Positions 58,428 through 64,000 of a stretch of 64,000 bases of DNA are shown piece after piece. The DNA lies in assembly GCA_963833985.1 (NCBI GenBank), contig CAWIAD010000001.1, forward strand, positions 960,001-1,024,000, in the 5' to 3' direction. This stretch comes from an uncultured Planctomycetaceae bacterium (GTDB lineage Bacteria > Planctomycetota > Planctomycetia > Isosphaerales > Isosphaeraceae). The stretch's first letter is position 1; each line of letters starts with the position of its first letter. The notes beneath the pieces were generated by a model. That model did not search any database, was not told the DNA's origin, and saw nothing but the letters and a program-made list of their open reading frames with translations. The position numbers and the translations under genes were made by a program.

Positions 58428-59042
58428 GTGCTGACAGTCGTGCTCTTTGAATCGATCCTCGCACAGGCACGCGCGCTGGTCCGCCGGGCCGTGAAGCCCG
58501 GAGACACGGTCGTGGATGCCACGGTGGGCAACGGGCACGACACCCTTTTTCTCGCGCATCACGTAGGGCCGGAGGGACGCGTCATTGGCTTCGATATCCA
58601 GCCCCGGGCGCTCGACGCCACGCGCCTGCGGTTGCACGAGGCCGGGTTGGAAGCAAGGGTTCGGCTCGTGCTGCGCGGCCACCAGGAGCTGGCGGCATGG
58701 TTCGCGGACTCCACGGATCCCTTGCGGCCAAGCGCGGTGATGTTCAACCTCGGCTACCTTCCGAAGGGAGACCACTCGGTGATCACGCGCGCGGATACTA
58801 CCGTCGCTGCGCTCGGGGCATCGCTGCAATTGCTTGCTCCCGGCGGAGTCATCACCATTGCGGTCTACCCGGGTCACGAGGGCGGGTCCGACGAGGCCGA
58901 AGCCGTACCGGACTGGGCGCGACGCGTGCCGCCGGCGCTCGCCCAGACGGTCTGCCGGCAGGTGCTGAACACACGCAGGACAGGTCCGTTCCTGGTGGCG
59001 GTGGCCGCCAGATCCAGACGCCGCTCGCCGGACCCGTTTTGA
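58428..59042 (+). CDS. Class I SAM-dependent methyltransferase, YtqB/MnmM-like
   Basis: VVDATVGNGHDTLFLA, FDIQ..A, FNLGYLP.GD and YPGH.GG..E motifs. Real start is a GTG near 58428/58440, not 57726. Confidence 0.85.
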   Translation: MLTVVLFESILAQARALVRRAVKPGDTVVDATVGNGHDTLFLAHHVGPEGRVIGFDIQPRALDATRLRLHEAGLEARVRLVLRGHQELAAWFADSTDPLRPSAVMFNLGYLPKGDHSVITRADTTVAALGASLQLLAPGGVITIAVYPGHEGGSDEAEAVPDWARRVPPALAQTVCRQVLNTRRTGPFLVAVAARSRRRSPDPF

Positions 59043-59424
59043 ACGCCGCATGGGCCGGACGAACAATGCAAGGAACACGCCCCTTTCGGAAATGCGAATC
59101 GGGCGCACGAATCACTCTTGAAACCGTCTCAGCTCGAAGCTACCCTCTTTGAGACTTGTCTTGCCCGCTCAAAATCAACATCGGGATATTCCGGTCTTTT
59201 AAGTTCGTTCACCACAATTCCTGAATCTTTCTATGGTTCTGTAAACGAAGATGAATTCCCTGGGTGGTTTGTCACTGACTGACCCTATGTTGCGTGAGTG
59301 AGTGGCATACGCGTGCGTTGATTGACTGGCGATGGCCGTGGCCCATGGGGCAGATCTGTCCGATCATCGCTCGATGCAATTTGAGAGAGCGTGGAACGCA
59401 GGACCGGCTGCGGCCGGGGAAGGC

Positions 59425-59670
59425 ATGCCCATGTCAGCAGTTCGAGCACCGATCTGTCTCTGTCGAATCTTCGTGAGCTTGAGTTTCACCGCGGGGCTGG
59501 CCGTGGTGGGCTGCTCTTCGAACACGGCTGCGCCGCCCGCCTCCGCCGGGTCAGAGCCGGCACCGGCCCCCGTCGCCGCCGTGACTTCCAGGAGCAAGGG
59601 CAAGATACACGGCTCGTCGCGCCGCGATCTCTACCGGCAGAAGGCACAATCGTCCGTGGGTTCTCCGTGA
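59425..59670 (+). CDS. Small putative lipoprotein
   Basis: Hydrophobic stretch ending in lipobox-like AVVG-C, then a Pro/Ala-rich linker and basic tail; precedes a DUF1559 gene. Confidence 0.55.
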   Translation: MPMSAVRAPICLCRIFVSLSFTAGLAVVGCSSNTAAPPASAGSEPAPAPVAAVTSRSKGKIHGSSRRDLYRQKAQSSVGSP

Positions 59671-59742
59671 GTCGTTCCCATTTCCTGATCGATCGCGTCA
59701 TTCTCTTATCGTGGCCTCTGGTTCTTCCGAGGGGATCATTCC

Positions 59743-60860
59743 ATGCCGATTCGCGCACGCGCACCGGAGCGTATCGCGGCTTCACGCTCATCGAGCTTCT
59801 GGTCGTCATCGCCATCATCGCCGTGCTCATCAGCCTGCTCTTGCCGGCGGTGCAATCCGCCCGCGAGGCCGCCCGCCGCGCCCAGTGCATCAACAACCTG
59901 AAGCAACTGGCGCTGGCCTGCCATAACTACGAGAGCGCCAACGGCTCTTTCCCCATGGGCCGGAGCGTCCAGCAGTACATCTCGCAGGCGGGTTCGTTCC
60001 AGACCTACGCCGACGGCTGGGGCGCCATGGCCGAGCTGCTCCAGTACACCGAGCAGAATTCGCTGTACAACGCGATCAACCAGAACCTGGGCCCTTACCA
60101 GATTCGCAATTACACCGTCATCAACACCGGCATTAACCTGCTCTGGTGCCCCAGCGACGGCGACATCCTCGGTCTCCGGTTCTTCGAAGCTTCCGCTGGA
60201 TGGGACGGCGCCACCCTGCCGATCACCTACACGAGCTATCGTGGCGTGATCGGCACCTTCACGGCCAACCCGATGGACCCGGCGAGCGGTGGGACCGACA
60301 GCTCCACCACCCAGCTTGGCGCCTACGAGGGAATCCTCCGCGAAACCGGTGGTCCGTCGTGGCTGGGGTGGGCATCCCAGGGCCCGGTGCGGATCGCGGC
60401 CATCACCGACGGAACCAGCAACACTTTCCTGTTCGGCGAGACCGCGCAGAGCAAGCTGCTGAAGTTCAAGGTCGGCACCAGCACTCCGTGCGATAACACC
60501 GGCAACTGCCCGTTCGAGGGCCAGGGCTGGTGGGCTGATTCCGACTTCGGCGACTCGTCGATGTCCACCTTCTACCCGATCAACGTCAAGGGCGCGGAGG
60601 TCACCACTCTGGCCGGCTCGTGCGAGCCAGCCAACGTCGGCGGTACCACGGCCACCAGCATGCACCCCGGGGGAGCCAACTTCGCATTCGCCGACGGCTC
60701 GGTGAAGTTCATCAAGGAATCCATCAATAGCTGGAATTACCTGCTCATCAGCCGCGATGCCAATTGCCTGCCAGTCTACCCCGTCGGTTTCATGCGAGGC
60801 GTTTACCAGGCACTCTCCACCCGCAACGGTGGAGAAGTCATCAGCGCCGATCAGTACTGA
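59743..60860 (+). CDS. DUF1559 prepilin-type protein with H-X9-DG motif (start uncertain)
   Basis: [15 protein letters not shown]...[43 protein letters not shown] 59743 has a GAGGGG RBS but needs one added C at ~59764; an alternative in-frame GTG lies at 59667. Confidence 0.92.
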
Positions 60861-60919
60861 CGAGAGTTGGTGAGTTGCCACTCCTCCAGCATAGCGCGAG
60901 ACGGTCAAGGCGGCTGAGC

Positions 60920-63804
60920 ATGGCCCTCGTGCTCGCCGCCCTCGCGCTGGTGCTCTGGACCGGCTGGAACCATTACGAACAGAAGCAAGGCGCCAAGAAC
61001 TGGCCCTTGCCACGCAGGACATGGCGGCAGGACACTACGCGCTGGCACGGGGCCGCCTGCTGCGGCTCACCACAGGGTGGGCAGGCCGCGACGAGGCGTG
61101 CTTCCGCCTTGGCCTCTGCGAGGAGGCCCGCGGCCGGCTGGATGCAGCGCTGGCTGCCTGGCGGCAGGTTTCTCCGCGCTCGGCCTTCGCCTTCGAGGCG
61201 GCACTTGCCGGTGCTCGCGCCCTCACAAACCAGGGCCGTTTCGCCGCCGCCGAGGAGCGATTGCGGACGCTCGCCCGGCCTGCCGGACCGAAAGGGTCGC
61301 CCGTGCGCCAGGCACTGGAGCTGCTCTATCGCATCGAGGGCCGCAATAACGAGGTACTTCCCCTGCTGGTAGAGGCCTGGCAGGGAGCAGTGGACCCAGC
61401 GGTCGTGCTGCGGCGGATTTATCTGCTGGACAACGCGGCATTTCCGCTCGAGTACGTGCGCTCCACGCTGGAGCGTGCCGACCCGGAGGATGACCGCGTC
61501 TGGTTAGGGAAGGCGAATCTGGCCGCCTGGAGCGGGCAGTTCGAGGACGCGGCACGCTGGCTCGACCGCTGCGCGGCTGCCCGGCCGGACGACCCACCCG
61601 TCTGGAGGGCCCACCTGGAACTGGCCGTTGCGGCCCTCGACCTCGACCGATTCGACCGGGCCTGCGCGCACCTGCACGCCGGGGACTTCTCGGCCGTGGA
61701 CCTGCTTCGCCTCCGCGCCTGGTTGGCGGCCCGCCTCGGCGACCCGGTGCATGAGCACGCCGCGCTGGCGGCGCTCGCTGGCGAAGATTCCGGCAACATG
61801 GGGGCCTGGGACCGTCTGGCCGAGCTGGCCGTTGCGGCCGGCCGCGGCCGGGAGGCCGAGGAATACCGCCGGCGAAAAGCGGCGCTCAACGCGGACCGCA
61901 AGCGCTACAAGAACCTGATCGACCGCGACGACCGCGTCGCACATGCGAAGGAACTGGAGCGTCTGGCCGTAAACCTTGGCCGCCGGCTGGAAGCCCGCGG
62001 CTGGTCGCTCCTGCGCCAGGGGAAGGGGACGGCGGAGCCGCTCGATCCCGAATCCGGACTGTCCGCAGAAGCGGCTCGATCCGACGCGACGCTGGCCGTC
62101 GCCCTCGCCGGCCTCCGCTCCAGCGCAGGTCTCTCGCAAGCTTCCGGCCGCAAGGCCGCGTCATCGGTCGGCCCACGCGCGGCGTTCGCGCAGCCTTCCT
62201 TCACCGACGACGCCGAGACCGCGGGCCTCCGATTCGTGCACAGCAAGGGCCACAGCGGTAAGCGGAACCCGCCTCCGCCCGAGACCATGTGCGGGGGCGT
62301 CGGATTGCTGGATTACGATCGGGACGGCTGGCTGGACGTCTACCTGGTCCAGGGAGGGCCGTTCCCGTCCGGGGATGTCAGCGAGCATGGCGGTGACCGG
62401 CTCTTCCGCAATCGCCGCGATGGCACGTTCGAGGACGTTTCCGAGCAGTCGGGAATCGCGGCGATGCCCCGTGGCTACGGGCACGGCGTGGCCGCGGCCG
62501 ATTACGACAACGACGGCCGTCCCGATCTGTTCGTCACACGGTGGGGCCACTACGCTCTCTATCGCAACCGGGGCGACGGCACCTTTCAGGATGTGACCGA
62601 GCAGGCAGGACTCGGCGGCGACCGCGACTGGCCCACCTCGGCGGCGTTCGCCGACCTTGATGGCGACGGCGACCTGGACCTCTACGTCTGCCATTACCTC
62701 CGCTACGACCCCGTCAGACCGAAGCGGTGCGAGCACCCCGACTCGGCAGCCCGCCACGAGTGCAACCCGCTCGACTTCCCCGCCCTGGGCGATCACGTCT
62801 TTCGCAATGACTCCGGCCGGTTCGTTGACGTGACCTCCGCGGCGGGCTTCCTTGATGCCGACGGCCGCGGGCTGGGTGTTGCGGCCGCCGACCTCGACGG
62901 CGACGGCAAGATCGACATCTATGTCGCCAACGATATGTCGGCGAATTACTTCTTTCACAACCTGGGCGGTCTCCAGTTCGAGGAGATCGGCGGAAGTTCC
63001 GGCGCGGCCGCCAGCGCCGAGGGGGGCTACAAGGCAGGTATGGGCATCGCGTGCGGCGACCTCGACGGCGACGGCTGGCCTGACCTGGCGGTCACGAACT
63101 ACTTCGGCGAGTCCACCACCTTCTACCACAACCTTGGCCGCGGCATCTTCGCCGATCACACCACGGCGGTGGGCATGGCCGCCCCGACGCGCCGGCTGCT
63201 CGGCTTTGGCCTCGCGTTCCTGGATACGAACAACGACGGCTGCCTCGACATGATCAGCGCCAACGGCCACGTCCTCGACGGCCGGCCCACCTACCCCTAC
63301 GCCATGCCCCTGCTGCTCATGCTTGGCACCCCGGCCGGTCGCTTGACCGACGTCTCGAGGACCTCGGGAACACCGTTTACCCCGTTGCACCTGGGACGTG
63401 GACTGGCGGCGGGCGACCTGGATAACGACGGCCGCATGGATGCGCTGGTGGTGGTGCAGAACGAGCCTGTCGTGTTCCTGCACAATCGCACCGAGCCGCG
63501 CGGGCACTTCATCCGCTTTTGCCTGGAGGGCACGCGCTCGAATCGCGACGCCGTGGGCGCGAGGGTGACGGTCTCCTGCGGCGGTCGCGACCGCTACACT
63601 TTTCGCGTGGGCGGGTCAAGCTTCCAGTCGAGCCCGGATCCGCGGATCCATTTCGGCCTGGGCACAGCGACGGCCGTGGATGCCGTCGAGATCCGCTGGC
63701 CATCGGGACGGGTCGACCGCCACGCGGGCCTGGCCGCCGATCGGGAGTATCTCATCCGCGAGGGTGATCCGCCTGTGGACTCTCCCGGCCGCCCCGGAAG
63801 CTGA
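60920..63804 (+). CDS. TPR + FG-GAP/VCBS repeat + ASPIC/UnbV (CRTAC1-like) protein; probable 1-nt frameshift at ~60990
   Basis: TPR-like Ala/Arg-rich helices; repeats DYDRDGWLD, DYDNDGRPD, DLDGDGDLD; C-terminal SNRDAVGARV...HFGLG...IRWPSG. The N-terminal TM segment MALVLAALALVLWTGW lies in the adjacent frame and joins by adding one base. Confidence 0.88.
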
Positions 63805-63884
63805 TTGGCTCATCATTTCAGAGCCGCGACGCGGCGACGTCTCGTGGCGCGCAACCTCTACCTATCGAAATCCGCGGCAGCCTA

Positions 63885-63912
63885 TTGACACCTACTGTTT
63901 GTCTAGTACGAT
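63885..63912 (+). promoter_or_regulatory. Sigma-70 promoter with overlapping short palindrome (candidate operator)
   Basis: TTGACA-16 nt-TACGAT; TACT-N8-AGTA at 63893-63908. Confidence 0.55.
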
Positions 63913-63954
63913 TGAGTCAGTTGATACGGCTGCTCCCGTAGGAGAGTGATCGAC

Positions 63955-64000
63955 ATGGCCGAGATTATGCCCACCGGCCGCGAGCTTGAAGCCTTGAAGG
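63955..64000 (+). CDS. Probable BlaI/MecI/CopY family transcriptional regulator, N-terminus only
   Basis: AGGAGA RBS; MAEIMPTGRELEALK resembles the 'PT.RELE.LK.LW' start of BlaI-family proteins. Only 15 codons are visible. Confidence 0.55.
   Translation, partial: MAEIMPTGRELEALK

Overview
GC-rich bacterial DNA, almost certainly Planctomycetota (inferred from two DUF1559 prepilin-like genes, three proteins with the planctomycete 'LEPLExRxLL' N-terminal motif, PEP-CTERM proteins and a CRTAC1/ASPIC-UnbV protein; Isosphaeraceae-like). Core and housekeeping genes (ppdK, glpK, rpsA, a sigma-70 factor, polX, cmk, plsC) are interspersed with secreted and surface proteins, including one ~4,560-aa multidomain surface protein split by two 1-nt deletions. 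The most notable element is a compact, visibly lower-GC three-gene locus at ~3.7-7.9 kb. It encodes an 82-aa precursor-like peptide ending FYDNHGCDC...SQCW, a radical SAM/SPASM maturase, and a fusion of a DMATS/ABBA-type aromatic prenyltransferase-like domain with a class II terpene cyclase-like domain, i.e. a candidate cross-linked, terpenylated RiPP pathway. About eight genes or gene ends carry single-base deletions in CCC/GGG triplets within two recurring contexts, which suggests systematic sequencing error rather than true pseudogenes. No rRNA, tRNA, CRISPR array or transposase was recognised. All family assignments come from motif recognition by eye, not from database searches.
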